A stretch of DNA of 64,000 bases from a virus (taxonomy: Duplodnaviria > Caudoviricetes): the IMG/VR virus record IMGVR_UViG_3300037400_003286. One strand, given 5' to 3'. A program made the position numbers and the translations under genes. This document shows positions 27,667 to 37,505 of this stretch, in pieces. Below the pieces are notes generated by a model. That model had not been told where the DNA came from and did not search any database. It was given only the letters and a program-made list of their open reading frames with translations. Position 1 is the first letter of the stretch. Each line of letters opens with the position of its first letter.

Positions 27667-28864
27667 TTATAAAATCTATACACTTTTGAATTGTTTTTTC
27701 TTTATCGTTTTTAAATTCCGATTCCCATATAGACATGATTTTAAATCCTTTCTTCACTATAATATCTTCTTTTTCTTTATCATAATCCCATTTTTGTTTA
27801 GCTGTCATTTTTAATTGAGAATTATAATATTCTTGATCATATTTTGATGGGTTACAATGCCAATAATCCCCATTAAATTCTATAATTTTATTTTTATATG
27901 TGAAATCATAATTATATCTTTTCTTTGAATTATCATCAAATATTTCATATTGACCAAGATCGCTTGTAGCTGAATAATATTCATTAGGATTCAAACCTAT
28001 TCTATTTGCTATTTCATTTATACAATCAATCTCAAATGTAGAATATGAATTTGCTGATAAATTATATGGGAATTTTGAAAATTCACCATTTTTATATTTT
28101 TCTTCTATCTTAGCAGACCATAATTTTTGTCTTTCATAATATCTCTCTTTTCCTTTAACGTATCCATATTTTTCTATACATTTTTCTAATGTAAATGTAT
28201 TTTGCCTTTCGTGTAAAATTTTTCTAGCATCATCTTCAGAATACCCTCTTTTTATATAGTATTCTAATCTTGTATTATAATCTCGTTTTTTAGATATTGA
28301 TTTTATAAAATCTAATCTATTATTGTCATCTATATTTCTTTTTTTATAAAACTCTTTACTAAAAGGAGATCTTTCAAGTCTTTCTTGTTTTGATGTTTTT
28401 AATGATGATGCTGGATTATTATCACCTATTAAATTATTTTCTATAAATTTTTTAGATGTTATGACACAATTAGGATACATCTTTTTATATTCATCCATCG
28501 TAATATTATGAAAATATTTAAGATGGCTTTCATTTAATTGGTGCATTTTACATCCACATATTAAACACTTTACATAATCTACATTTTCTACACCAATAAG
28601 ATTATTATTTCTTGATTTTTGTTTTCTTAATGTCGCTTGCTTGTTTTTATATTGTATTCTGCATCCATCTGAACAGAATTTTGCATTTTTATGAACAATA
28701 ACATGTTTTCCACAATTTTTACATGTTATTTCATGATATAAATTATCTTTATTTTTATCTCTGCATTCTTTTGAACAATATTTGTTATTTCCTGGTGAAT
28801 AGAATTCTTTACCACAAACAACGCATATATTTTTTCTTAAATATTTCTTATCACAGTCTACCAT
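27659..28864 (-). CDS. Free-standing homing endonuclease (Vsr-like PD-(D/E)XK) between the split-intein halves
   Basis: Several Zn fingers; C-terminal YDF...IIEFNGDYWH...D..K...IWESE; overlaps both terminase halves. Confidence 0.85.
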   Translation of the reverse strand: MVDCDKKYLRKNICVVCGKEFYSPGNNKYCSKECRDKNKDNLYHEITCKNCGKHVIVHKNAKFCSDGCRIQYKNKQATLRKQKSRNNNLIGVENVDYVKCLICGCKMHQLNESHLKYFHNITMDEYKKMYPNCVITSKKFIENNLIGDNNPASSLKTSKQERLERSPFSKEFYKKRNIDDNNRLDFIKSISKKRDYNTRLEYYIKRGYSEDDARKILHERQNTFTLEKCIEKYGYVKGKERYYERQKLWSAKIEEKYKNGEFSKFPYNLSANSYSTFEIDCINEIANRIGLNPNEYYSATSDLGQYEIFDDNSKKRYNYDFTYKNKIIEFNGDYWHCNPSKYDQEYYNSQLKMTAKQKWDYDKEKEDIIVKKGFKIMSIWESEFKNDKEKTIQKCIDFINE

Positions 28865-29414
28865 ATATTTTATATAATAAAGATTTTAAAAAGCAAAGGA
28901 CTATCTTATATATATTATTTTTCCTATTGTTCTCTTTATTATATTTATCTCCTATTGAAATCTCGTTTGGATGACTTCCAGACAAAGGAATTTCGTTTAT
29001 TTTTGATAAATAAAAATGGCACTTCCCACTTTGTCTTGCCGACATCCATACCACGTTTCTGTTTACTGGAAGAATTAGATCATCTTCTGGATCATAATCC
29101 TCAGCTGTTACCGTCGATATTACGTTTCTCTGATAATCTCTAAGATTAACTGTACTCAATCCATGATCCGTCATGAACTTTGCATAATTCTCAGCATAAT
29201 AAACTGGATCATCATAACACTTTTGATATTCTTCAAGTTCCTCTTCTGACATCTTGAATGGAATATTAGCAGCCCTTAGATCCAAATCACGCATAAAGAA
29301 AGGCTCAAAGTCAATATCATAACCTTGATTCCTATCCTGTATCAACTGATTTATAAGTTGAGTTGAATATATTCTTCGTTGTTTCTTCGATTTTCCTTCC
29401 TGTTGTTCAGCCAT
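28851..29414 (-). CDS. terL: Terminase large subunit, N-part, fused to a 56-aa split-intein N-fragment (28854-29021)
   Basis: EYQKC..DPVYY..NY, LRDYQ (Q motif), SARQSGK|C. Splicing restores Walker A RQSGKTT. Confidence 0.93.
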   Translation of the reverse strand: MAEQQEGKSKKQRRIYSTQLINQLIQDRNQGYDIDFEPFFMRDLDLRAANIPFKMSEEELEEYQKCYDDPVYYAENYAKFMTDHGLSTVNLRDYQRNVISTVTAEDYDPEDDLILPVNRNVVWMSARQSGKCHFYLSKINEIPLSGSHPNEISIGDKYNKENNRKNNIYKIVLCFLKSLLYKIYGRL

Positions 29415-29486
29415 TTTTCATTCTTAAATTAAAAAATGGGGTATCACCATTCTTGGCGACACCCCAGACAGGGACCCGCCCGTTCT

Positions 29487-29867
29487 TTATCTGTCGTTTT
29501 TGTCTATCAAGAAACCTATACTTTTAGTACCATTTATGTAAATGTCAAGCACAGCATAATCGTATCCTTCACCAGAATCGCCAAAATTAATATCACAAGA
29601 AATAGTTATATTGTCAGAGTGATATACATATTTGCTAATCTGTTCATTAACCTTTTCCATTACCTGATTTGCAGCATATGTTGTATTAAACACCATATAC
29701 TCAAGATCGACACCAAAATCATAGTCACCGAATACCTGTCCGTTCAACGTACCAAGTATCATCCTTATCTGTGATATGACGGATTCGACCTCGTTTTGAT
29801 AATCAATAATGGTTGGATCGTAATATGGATCCTTCTCATCTCTTATGTATATCTCTTTAACTTTCAT
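29487..29867 (-). CDS. gp25-like baseplate protein
   Basis: QI.MILGT..GQV.GD.DFG.DLE pattern. Confidence 0.7.
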   Translation of the reverse strand: MKVKEIYIRDEKDPYYDPTIIDYQNEVESVISQIRMILGTLNGQVFGDYDFGVDLEYMVFNTTYAANQVMEKVNEQISKYVYHSDNITISCDINFGDSGEGYDYAVLDIYINGTKSIGFLIDKNDR

Positions 29868-30574
29868 TATTCCTTAACTTTGAATTCAGCTTCTGCTGTA
29901 TTATTTATCTTATCTATATGTCTTTGCCTTGCTCCAGCTATAAGATTTCTTGTTGATGTTACAACCATTCCAGACTGATTTTCAATCTTAGGTGTATTTG
30001 AACTATTTCCTGGCAATCCAGTAGCAAAGTCTTCACCGATCTTGTCACGAATTTCGTATTTAAGATCAACATACGTCTTACGCATTCTCTGTTCAGTATC
30101 AAATATCTGCTTGTTTATCGATTGTATCTTATCAGTAAGCTGTCCGAAAACTTCATAGTTACGAGGCATAGCATTTCCAGCATTAACCTGTTCCATGATT
30201 GATCTTTGCATTACAACATTATTCTCTTTCTGCATGTAAAGATCAGCGAGTGTTTCTATATCCTGTTCTATTTTGTCCTGGACATATTCCTCGTCTATTA
30301 TGTCATTTGGTATAATATGCTTAACTATACCAAGTATGGTTTTTCTTGCCTTTTTTCTTAATCCTTTCTTTATTCCATCATAATCGAAATTAAGCATCTT
30401 TACCTGCATAGTTTCAGCAGCAGAAGTAGAATCAACAACAGCCTGTACTGGTTGAGCTACAGGTTGGTTTGCTGTTATTACATCCGCCTCTGATGGAGCA
30501 TTTGCTGGAGTGATAGGATCCAATCCGTTAAGCAATTTCTCAAAATCTGTTCTGTCTGACTTAATTGTACTCAC
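29867..30574 (-). CDS. Probable terminase small subunit (T4 gp16-like)
   Basis: PRNYEVFGQL helix and C-terminal VVTSTRNL resemble the gp16 PRAYEV...FVGST motifs; lies upstream of terL. Confidence 0.6.
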   Translation of the reverse strand: MSTIKSDRTDFEKLLNGLDPITPANAPSEADVITANQPVAQPVQAVVDSTSAAETMQVKMLNFDYDGIKKGLRKKARKTILGIVKHIIPNDIIDEEYVQDKIEQDIETLADLYMQKENNVVMQRSIMEQVNAGNAMPRNYEVFGQLTDKIQSINKQIFDTEQRMRKTYVDLKYEIRDKIGEDFATGLPGNSSNTPKIENQSGMVVTSTRNLIAGARQRHIDKINNTAEAEFKVKE

Positions 30575-30595
30575 TTCTGTAAGTAATTGTTTTAC

Positions 30596-30603
30596 TATTT
30601 ATC
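30596..30603 (-). promoter_or_regulatory. Late-promoter-like GATAAATA (also at 3081, 3309, 15808, 46100, 49460, 50554, 63893; plus strand at 33593)
   Basis: Resembles the T4 late promoter TATAAATA; precedes TerS, tape measure, sheath and the plus-strand gene. Confidence 0.65.
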
Positions 30604-30620
30604 TACAAAAAATGACGGAT

Positions 30621-31343
30621 TCAATTTCCGTCATTCTTTTTATTTCTTCCTACTTTGTATTTGCTAACAAGGAAATTACTATCAAGTCCCTGAACATATT
30701 GCCCATCTTTTATAGACCAGGGAGATACTTTATACCTGTATCCGTTAATAATAACTTCTACAAGAAAATCGTTAATTACTCTTGGCTTTGCTTGAATAGA
30801 ATAGTTCTGTATCCTATCAGTTATTTCAAATTCACCAACAGGATACTTATTATAATCTACAACTTTTGAATTGGAATTGTCGTTTTCGTGAACTCCAGTT
30901 CCTCCTTCGTCCTTTTGTACTTTTCGTTTATTTCGTCTAGTTTTAATGACAGATCCACTATCGTTTGCTTTGACCTTTCCTGACTTGCTTCCAGACGGTT
31001 TACTTCCTCCGTCAGTCTTTGAATCATTTTGTCCTTTGACATCAGTGGAATCACTCTCTGAACTAATATTGTCTTGATTGATTTTAAGTGATCTGAATCC
31101 TCTTTTAGCTTGATGTCTAATTTCTTTATTGCTGAGTTCAGGTGATTCTGATTTTTCATCAGTGTGCTGTGATCCAATCTGTTTAATGCTATCTGTTTCT
31201 TTGTTTTTCTTGACAGCTTTACTAAACAAATCCACATTATTACTATTATTAGAAACAGTAATCCCGTCACCAAATAATGCAAAAGAATTGGATTTTGTAA
31301 TATCTGTAGTAGTTTGTCTACCATTATTCTTTGTTCTTGCCAT
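30621..31343 (-). CDS. Hypothetical protein with a disordered N-half, overlapping 30857-31324 in another frame
   Basis: Open frame from MARTKNN with a globular-looking C-terminus; start uncertain. Confidence 0.5.
   Translation of the reverse strand: MARTKNNGRQTTTDITKSNSFALFGDGITVSNNSNNVDLFSKAVKKNKETDSIKQIGSQHTDEKSESPELSNKEIRHQAKRGFRSLKINQDNISSESDSTDVKGQNDSKTDGGSKPSGSKSGKVKANDSGSVIKTRRNKRKVQKDEGGTGVHENDNSNSKVVDYNKYPVGEFEITDRIQNYSIQAKPRVINDFLVEVIINGYRYKVSPWSIKDGQYVQGLDSNFLVSKYKVGRNKKNDGN
30857..31324 (-). CDS. Membrane-anchored coiled-coil protein
   Basis: N-terminal TM helix then heptad repeats; TAATG coupling to the upstream gene. Confidence 0.6.
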   Translation of the reverse strand: MVDKLLQILQNPILLHYLVTGLLFLIIVIMWICLVKLSRKTKKQIALNRLDHSTLMKNQNHLNSAIKKLDIKLKEDSDHLKSIKTILVQRVIPLMSKDKMIQRLTEEVNRLEASQERSKQTIVDLSLKLDEINEKYKRTKEELEFTKTTIPIQKL

Positions 31344-31572
31344 TAAAATTTTTATTTTCAAACATGTAAGCAAATGCTTCTGGTGGAACATTATCTTTTT
31401 TTATAAATCCAAACTCCTTTGTTCCACCGAAACCATTAAAGCTTATAAGTTTCCATCCATTTTCAAATAAACGTGTAAGTGTATCTGGTGAGAGTGCTCT
31501 CTCGTATGTTACGCAAGATCTATATTTTTCTGTCGTATTCTTTTCAAAATCCGACATCTTGAATTCATTCAT
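31324..31572 (-). CDS. Hypothetical protein
   Basis: 82-aa ORF; GWKLIS motif. Confidence 0.65.
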   Translation of the reverse strand: MNEFKMSDFEKNTTEKYRSCVTYERALSPDTLTRLFENGWKLISFNGFGGTKEFGFIKKDNVPPEAFAYMFENKNFNGKNKE

Positions 31573-31607
31573 TTCTCCGAAAATTATTTTTATCTTATCA
31601 AAGATAT

Positions 31608-32054
31608 TTATCCATTTTCGGCTTCAAGATCCTCTTTCCAGTAAGGGTAATGCTTCTTTTCGTTTTCTGAATTATCCCATCTAATCTCTTGCATTCCACA
31701 ATAAGGACACTGATTAAGAACGAAATTCATCTTATCATCATTTTCATCCGTTATTGTATCATCATAGTCAGATAACATAAAATTGTTACTCATTGACACT
31801 TTGTGTCCACAATTAGTACAATGACCATTCATAATATCTGGTTCCTCTATTCTCATAGAGATGTCCTCTTCTCCATTTTCATAGAATGGATAATCCTTCC
31901 TTTCCTCTTCTGGAACCTCAGTACATTCATATCTCGCACCACAATAAGGACAGTGAAACATATAGGTTTGTCCATAATCGACATCACCTTCCAATACTTC
32001 TTCAAGTTCAAGTTCATGCGCACATCTTGTGCAAATAGCACCTTCTGTAATCAT
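31608..32054 (-). CDS. Zn-ribbon repeat protein
   Basis: Four CxxC motifs arranged as two repeats, each ending E.K.YP(F/Y). Confidence 0.7.
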   Translation of the reverse strand: MITEGAICTRCAHELELEEVLEGDVDYGQTYMFHCPYCGARYECTEVPEEERKDYPFYENGEEDISMRIEEPDIMNGHCTNCGHKVSMSNNFMLSDYDDTITDENDDKMNFVLNQCPYCGMQEIRWDNSENEKKHYPYWKEDLEAENG

Positions 32055-33562
32055 TACTGTAAATTGTTTTTAAGTTTCTTTTCTCTTTCTTTTAATATAT
32101 CGATCAGATGATATTTCTCTTTTTGAGCTTTAACCATCATCTTTTTATATTCCTTACGTTTAGCGAAGTAATCACTAAGTATCTTAGGAATGAAACCTTC
32201 AAATTCGTTAGTGTAAACACATCCGTTTGTACACTTGATTTCATTCTCCTTCGGTATATGGTTCTTATCCTTGAAAAGTAACGTATCTGGTGATATGTTG
32301 AACTGTCTCATTGTTGTAGGATAAAGAGAAGCATAGTCCAAGCAATATACGTTTCTGTATATTCCAGGAATAGGTGAAAACACGAAAGCACCTTCATATT
32401 CCTTCTTTTCCTTATCTTTCTTTACAACAGGGAATACTCTGTTCTCTCTGTAAAGATATTCCGCCTGTACGATTTCGATACTCTTTGTAGAACTGTATGT
32501 TGATAGCACTGGAACATTCATAAGGGAAGCCAAACCGAACATAACAGAACTTGTCTTCAGTTTCTTATCGATCTCTCTAATAAGGACACTATCGATAGCA
32601 TTATAGAAAACGTATTCCTTTTTCTGCTTTTCCCACATTTCCTTGAATCCAAGCTGGTGTACAACCTTTTTAACACCAAGAACCTTATCTGCAACCCAGT
32701 CAAGTTTATTACTAACCTTAGGAGAAATAGATCGATCATGTTTCTTGTATAACTCCATATAGTCATACATACACTTATGCATCGGTAGCTTAATGTTGTC
32801 GGCTGCAACATCCTGTGGCTTATATGTGAACCACGTCTTCGTTGGAGATAAACTTGTTATATCAAGACCTAACTTTGGAACACGGTTATAAAGATAAGGC
32901 CAGTCATATCCGAACCAGTTCCATCCTGTTACACACTCAAGTTTATCTATAAAATTAAAGAAAAGATCATTCAGTAACGAAAATTCAGATGCATGATACC
33001 TGTACACAAACTTATAATCAGTATCAAATTGCTTACAATGCTTCTTTATTTCGTCTTGAATCCATTTAATTTCATCCTGTGATAGATTAGCCAGACCTAA
33101 CACGTAAACGGTATCCTCGACAACTATAGACACTGTATTGACAGGTCTCTTTGCGTCTTTAGCCTCTGGAAATCCTTCATCATCAACGTCAACCTCAATA
33201 TCCATGAATGCTGTTTTCGGAATATACATCTGACGCATTTCCTTCAACTGCTCATTTTCTGGGAACCATCTCTCAAGATCCATTATAATTTCATGGACAC
33301 GCTGCTCCGTAAATTTATCTGTAATAGGCTTTTTTACAACTGGCTTTCCGTCCCATGACTTATATAAAGTATCTGGTGTATCATCCTTTGTTGCGTATTT
33401 CCATTGATACATCAATTCATTTGGAATCATCCAAAAGAATGGTTTAACGGTTTGATTCTTATCAACATACGATATATACAGGAATTTCTGTGCTCTACCA
33501 TATTGATCAAGCACTGGTACACCATTCCTTGTATAATCGTGTATTTCCGTGTTAACTATCAT
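32054..33562 (-). CDS. Family B DNA polymerase, N-terminal subunit (exonuclease + motif A)
   Basis: DIEV (ExoI), GWN..GYDWPY (ExoII), YNAIDS (ExoIII), YEGAFV, DYASLYP, NISPDT. Ends in the first finger helix. Confidence 0.93.
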   Translation of the reverse strand: MIVNTEIHDYTRNGVPVLDQYGRAQKFLYISYVDKNQTVKPFFWMIPNELMYQWKYATKDDTPDTLYKSWDGKPVVKKPITDKFTEQRVHEIIMDLERWFPENEQLKEMRQMYIPKTAFMDIEVDVDDEGFPEAKDAKRPVNTVSIVVEDTVYVLGLANLSQDEIKWIQDEIKKHCKQFDTDYKFVYRYHASEFSLLNDLFFNFIDKLECVTGWNWFGYDWPYLYNRVPKLGLDITSLSPTKTWFTYKPQDVAADNIKLPMHKCMYDYMELYKKHDRSISPKVSNKLDWVADKVLGVKKVVHQLGFKEMWEKQKKEYVFYNAIDSVLIREIDKKLKTSSVMFGLASLMNVPVLSTYSSTKSIEIVQAEYLYRENRVFPVVKKDKEKKEYEGAFVFSPIPGIYRNVYCLDYASLYPTTMRQFNISPDTLLFKDKNHIPKENEIKCTNGCVYTNEFEGFIPKILSDYFAKRKEYKKMMVKAQKEKYHLIDILKEREKKLKNNLQ

Positions 33563-33667
33563 TGTCTCTTTTCTGTTTTAATATATATTTTAGATAAATA
33601 TGAGTGAATATTCCTTGTTGCAAATATACAACTTTATTTTGAAAGCAGAAAACAAATTAAGCAATAA

Positions 33668-34768
33668 ATGGCAAAAGACAGCAGTGCTAAAATAAATGGA
33701 AGTACAAACGAAACGTCAGATGATTCTCTAAGATTATTCTCTGCGTATGATGCTGTATGCCATGCTGAGGAACAACTTGATAGCATAGAAACTGAGGTAG
33801 AAAACGCTATACCAAAGAAAATAGATCTTTGTACCATACAAGATGTATTAGCTATCCTTGATAAAGTCCAGGGTGCTATGATGGATGTTCAGAATGTAAT
33901 GACTTCTGCTGTCACAAATGTTCTTTCTGGTGCTATGCAGGATGCTACAAACCTCGCCAATGAAGGTGTAGATGCAGCTAAGAATGCTGCAACAGATGCT
34001 GTCAACAAGAAAAAGAAAAAAGCAGAGGATTCATCATCAGCACAGCTTGCTGTTGATGCAAAATACACAAAATATCTTGCAACACAAATAATACTTAAAA
34101 AATTCCAGATTATAAAATACAGAATAGAACTTATAAAAACTGGAATACAGATAACAGTAGCAAAACTCACAAAAGGAGTCCTGACTGGAATATTAGGAGG
34201 AAAAGGATCTGCTGGAGATCCAATCAACATGACTATGGCAACAACTATGGCAACTGCTGGTGCAACAGTAAGCACAATAATGTCAGTCATTGATGCTATC
34301 GTTACGGCTATAAACAGCATAACAATTATGAATGTAAACGGTGCTGGTATGGCATTTTTCCCAACACCAAAGAGTATTATGAAAGTAGATATAAACATAG
34401 CAAATTCGAAGCAATCTACAACAAATAATATTCCAGAAGCGATCGATCAAATGATCACAGAAGCCGAAAACAAAGTAAGGGAATCAAACGGGGCCATAAA
34501 AAAATCAAAAGTGCTTGCTATGGGTGCAGCTGGTGCTGCTTCTGCACCGTCTGGTAAATTTGATCCTGGTTCATTTGGTAGTCTTCCAAAATTCGATCCA
34601 TCAATAATAAGAACAGCCGTTATGATGCTTTTCCAGATGCTTATGGATGCAGATGCTGTACCAAGATATGAAAAGCTTTCTGTTGCAAACATAAGATTCC
34701 TTGTTTTCCTTGTTACTGGATTCGAGCCTGCTGGAAAAAATACATTCGGAATACCAGGATTTCCATAA
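33668..34768 (+). CDS. Hypothetical Ala-rich protein, possibly virion-associated; the only credible plus-strand gene
   Basis: 366-aa ORF, GATAAATA upstream, convergent terminator downstream. Confidence 0.75.
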   Translation: MAKDSSAKINGSTNETSDDSLRLFSAYDAVCHAEEQLDSIETEVENAIPKKIDLCTIQDVLAILDKVQGAMMDVQNVMTSAVTNVLSGAMQDATNLANEGVDAAKNAATDAVNKKKKKAEDSSSAQLAVDAKYTKYLATQIILKKFQIIKYRIELIKTGIQITVAKLTKGVLTGILGGKGSAGDPINMTMATTMATAGATVSTIMSVIDAIVTAINSITIMNVNGAGMAFFPTPKSIMKVDINIANSKQSTTNNIPEAIDQMITEAENKVRESNGAIKKSKVLAMGAAGAASAPSGKFDPGSFGSLPKFDPSIIRTAVMMLFQMLMDADAVPRYEKLSVANIRFLVFLVTGFEPAGKNTFGIPGFP

Positions 34769-34772
34769 AATA

Positions 34773-34795
34773 AAAGCTACCTTAATTGGTAGCTT
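34773..34795. terminator. Bidirectional terminator between convergent genes
   Basis: aaagctacc-ttaatt-ggtagcttt. Confidence 0.7.
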
Positions 34796-35651
34796 TATTT
34801 ATAAGTGCATAGTATAAATTATATGTGTATGAATTTGTGTTGATCTTTTCATATGAAGAGTCATCCTTAAGCCATATAATCCTTCTTCCTATAACCTTGA
34901 ATCCGATAGGTTCAAGAGCTAATTGATACAAACTTAACTGTAACTGATATACATTGAAGCTGCAATTAAGAAGTTCATTAAAAGGATAAAGCATTCGTTC
35001 ACCTCTGAAGTTTTTATACAGATCCTTGTTGGTTTTATAATCGAAGATTACGAATCCGCTTTTATCTGATGTTTTATTATCTAATTCAGCATCATAATAA
35101 AACAGAAGATCAAACGTTCCAGAATATCCTAAATCTTCTCTGCAAACCTGATTCTCTGAAGCTATAGGAACAAAACATTGTGGTAAATCATTCCAGAATT
35201 TAACAACAGCATCTTCCTTTTCATTTATACTGTTGAATTCATCACCATTCAACCTGTCTTTGAAGTTCGGAAGGATCTTGTCATCCTGGTATGTCATAAA
35301 ATAGAAACAACTTTCACCGAATTCATGTACATTTGTTCCGTTATCACATGCAGTATACTTTATAACCGTCCATTGTTCAAGTATCTGTTGCTGTGTCATC
35401 TGATAGTATTTTGAAGTAGGATCGTTGTAATACTTCTCATACATCTCTTGAGATTTTGCAGCAGCATCAAATTTTGGTGTAAACAGATGTGTTACATTGC
35501 TTACACTCTCAAGTTGTTTTCCATTGTAATAATATCTATGACCTTCATTAACAAAAACGAGACCCTGATAGCTTCTCTTTATTAGGTCTCGCATTTGTTG
35601 GTATTTGTCAAGATTACTTATGTTTTTCCACTTTCCTCTTTTTAGTATCAT
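34782..35651 (-). CDS. PD-(D/E)XK exonuclease
   Basis: SVS, GTNVH, E...SGTFDLL...DYKTNK, YQLQLSLY. Confidence 0.85.
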   Translation of the reverse strand: MILKRGKWKNISNLDKYQQMRDLIKRSYQGLVFVNEGHRYYYNGKQLESVSNVTHLFTPKFDAAAKSQEMYEKYYNDPTSKYYQMTQQQILEQWTVIKYTACDNGTNVHEFGESCFYFMTYQDDKILPNFKDRLNGDEFNSINEKEDAVVKFWNDLPQCFVPIASENQVCREDLGYSGTFDLLFYYDAELDNKTSDKSGFVIFDYKTNKDLYKNFRGERMLYPFNELLNCSFNVYQLQLSLYQLALEPIGFKVIGRRIIWLKDDSSYEKINTNSYTYNLYYALINKATN

Positions 35652-35734
35652 TATTGTCAGTATTAAATTCCTTAACCTTTACGCAATATTGTTCTGGTGC
35701 TTTTATAAATCCCCCAGCAACCAATTCCACCTGT

Positions 35735-36313
35735 TTAGGATTCTTGTTCGGCTTCAGCTTCTTCTTGCAGAATATTTTCTTCAGCCAGCTTTTTATTCTC
35801 TTTATCATTTATGAGATTGTTTATTTTTGGTATTATTCTTGGAACACATTCTATCAATTTTGTCTTTCTGAGAGAAGGAAAGAACACAACCTCATCAAAC
35901 AAAGAATAATAATCGTTCACTTTTGGTATATCGAAATCATCAAGAATAACATAACTCTCTATAACTGAATTAGTGATTACATTTATAGAATTCTTTATAG
36001 CAACAATGGTATCGCAATTCAAATTACTATTAATGTAAATCATACCGATATAACGCTTTGATTTTGCTCCAGAAACAATAAGCCTTTCAAGTTCCGTATT
36101 AATCAAATACTTATGTGTTGGCTTTTCTGGGTTCAATCCAGATTCTTTCAGTATATCATCAACATCTATTATATAAAATGAACTGAGATTGCTAAAAAGA
36201 TTCTTCAGCTTTCGTAGTGGTTCTATTGTTGCGTAAAATTTCATTCTTAAATTACCGTGAAGATTTTTGGGTTTCTCTACACGGTTATTTATTTTCATTT
36301 TTAAGAGAATCAA
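35735..36313 (-). CDS. Hypothetical protein
   Basis: 192-aa ORF in an operon; start uncertain. Confidence 0.7.
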   Translation of the reverse strand: MILLKMKINNRVEKPKNLHGNLRMKFYATIEPLRKLKNLFSNLSSFYIIDVDDILKESGLNPEKPTHKYLINTELERLIVSGAKSKRYIGMIYINSNLNCDTIVAIKNSINVITNSVIESYVILDDFDIPKVNDYYSLFDEVVFFPSLRKTKLIECVPRIIPKINNLINDKENKKLAEENILQEEAEAEQES

Positions 36314-37089
36314 TTTTCCTCAACCGACATAGAGTTTGAATATGCTGAAGATAATGCTTTTTTCAATTCAGCGATAATCATCTTTGTATCAATATCACTT
36401 ACTATACAATCTATAAACTTATTGAATCCGTCCTCAAATTCTGATGATGCTATATTGGCAATATACTTAGATGGTAACTTCATATTCAGTGAAAGTTCCA
36501 CAGGAGTGTCATGCTTTTTACACGAATCAACAAGAATCTTTACTGGATCAAAAGAAATCTGTTTGTTCTCAACTGGTTTCGGTTGTTCAACAACTTCTTG
36601 TTTCTCAACTTTTGTCTCAACTGCTTTTGGCTGTTCAACAACTGGATCCTTTTTCGGTTCCTCTGTCTTTATACGATATTCATCAATAGAAGGAAGATCG
36701 ATTATCCTTTGTTCTTTTCTTGGAGGAACAAGCCTATCTTTTCCAATATCCGAATTCTCGATATTGGTTGTATCGCCGTGAGCCTGAAGAATATCATGAA
36801 GTGAAGGTATATCTATATCTTCACCTTTCATAGATTCATCTATATATTTCTTCGGTTGTATCTGTTCTAATGTCCAAGGATTAGACGGTGATTCGATTTC
36901 AACCATGAACTTATTCTTCAGATCTGCCGTAGAATTAGTCATCTTTGAAATAAATCTCAGATTACAAGACTCGCCATCATCAAAATTATAAAAAGTTTCA
37001 CCTTCAAATTCCTCTATACTCTCAAGAAGAACAATGTCACCTTTCATTTCTCCGTCGATCCACTGGAAATATCTTTTTTGTTTTCTCAT
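36310..37089 (-). CDS. Hypothetical protein
   Basis: 259-aa ORF in an operon. Confidence 0.75.
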   Translation of the reverse strand: MRKQKRYFQWIDGEMKGDIVLLESIEEFEGETFYNFDDGESCNLRFISKMTNSTADLKNKFMVEIESPSNPWTLEQIQPKKYIDESMKGEDIDIPSLHDILQAHGDTTNIENSDIGKDRLVPPRKEQRIIDLPSIDEYRIKTEEPKKDPVVEQPKAVETKVEKQEVVEQPKPVENKQISFDPVKILVDSCKKHDTPVELSLNMKLPSKYIANIASSEFEDGFNKFIDCIVSDIDTKMIIAELKKALSSAYSNSMSVEEN

Positions 37090-37116
37090 TTTAATTCTAT
37101 GTTCTTAACTTTAACG

Positions 37117-37476
37117 TCAGTTATCTTTATCTGGTATAATGAGTTTTCCGTACTGTCTTTCGTATTCATATTTCCATTCACATTCTCTGTATTGTTCGTC
37201 TTTGAACCAGTTAAGATAGTCAACCCTAAAATTCTCCAGAGCCTCTTGAAAATGTGCTTTATAGTTTCCATGCGAAATATGATTTAGTCTTTGCTCAATA
37301 ATAGTGAAACAATGTTCAGTACCTTTTATTCTCCATACAACAGAGGCCATTGTGTCATATTGATGCGCCTGGGCAACAATATATTCTATTGTTATAGGGT
37401 CTCTCCATCCTTTTGGTGATACTTCTACAGTATGTAATTCACCATTAGCTAAACCGAAATCAAAAGAAAATGGCAT
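37117..37476 (-). CDS. Hypothetical protein
   Basis: 119-aa ORF in an operon. Confidence 0.7.
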   Translation of the reverse strand: MPFSFDFGLANGELHTVEVSPKGWRDPITIEYIVAQAHQYDTMASVVWRIKGTEHCFTIIEQRLNHISHGNYKAHFQEALENFRVDYLNWFKDEQYRECEWKYEYERQYGKLIIPDKDN

Positions 37477-37505
37477 ATATAATCATGTTTTAAAGGAAGC
37501 TGATC

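Noticed and set aside
27659-28864. Terminase and polymerase breaks as pseudogenes or assembly errors
   Set aside because: The breaks carry complete intein termini (C/S1, HN plus T/S), and splicing restores the catalytic motifs exactly.
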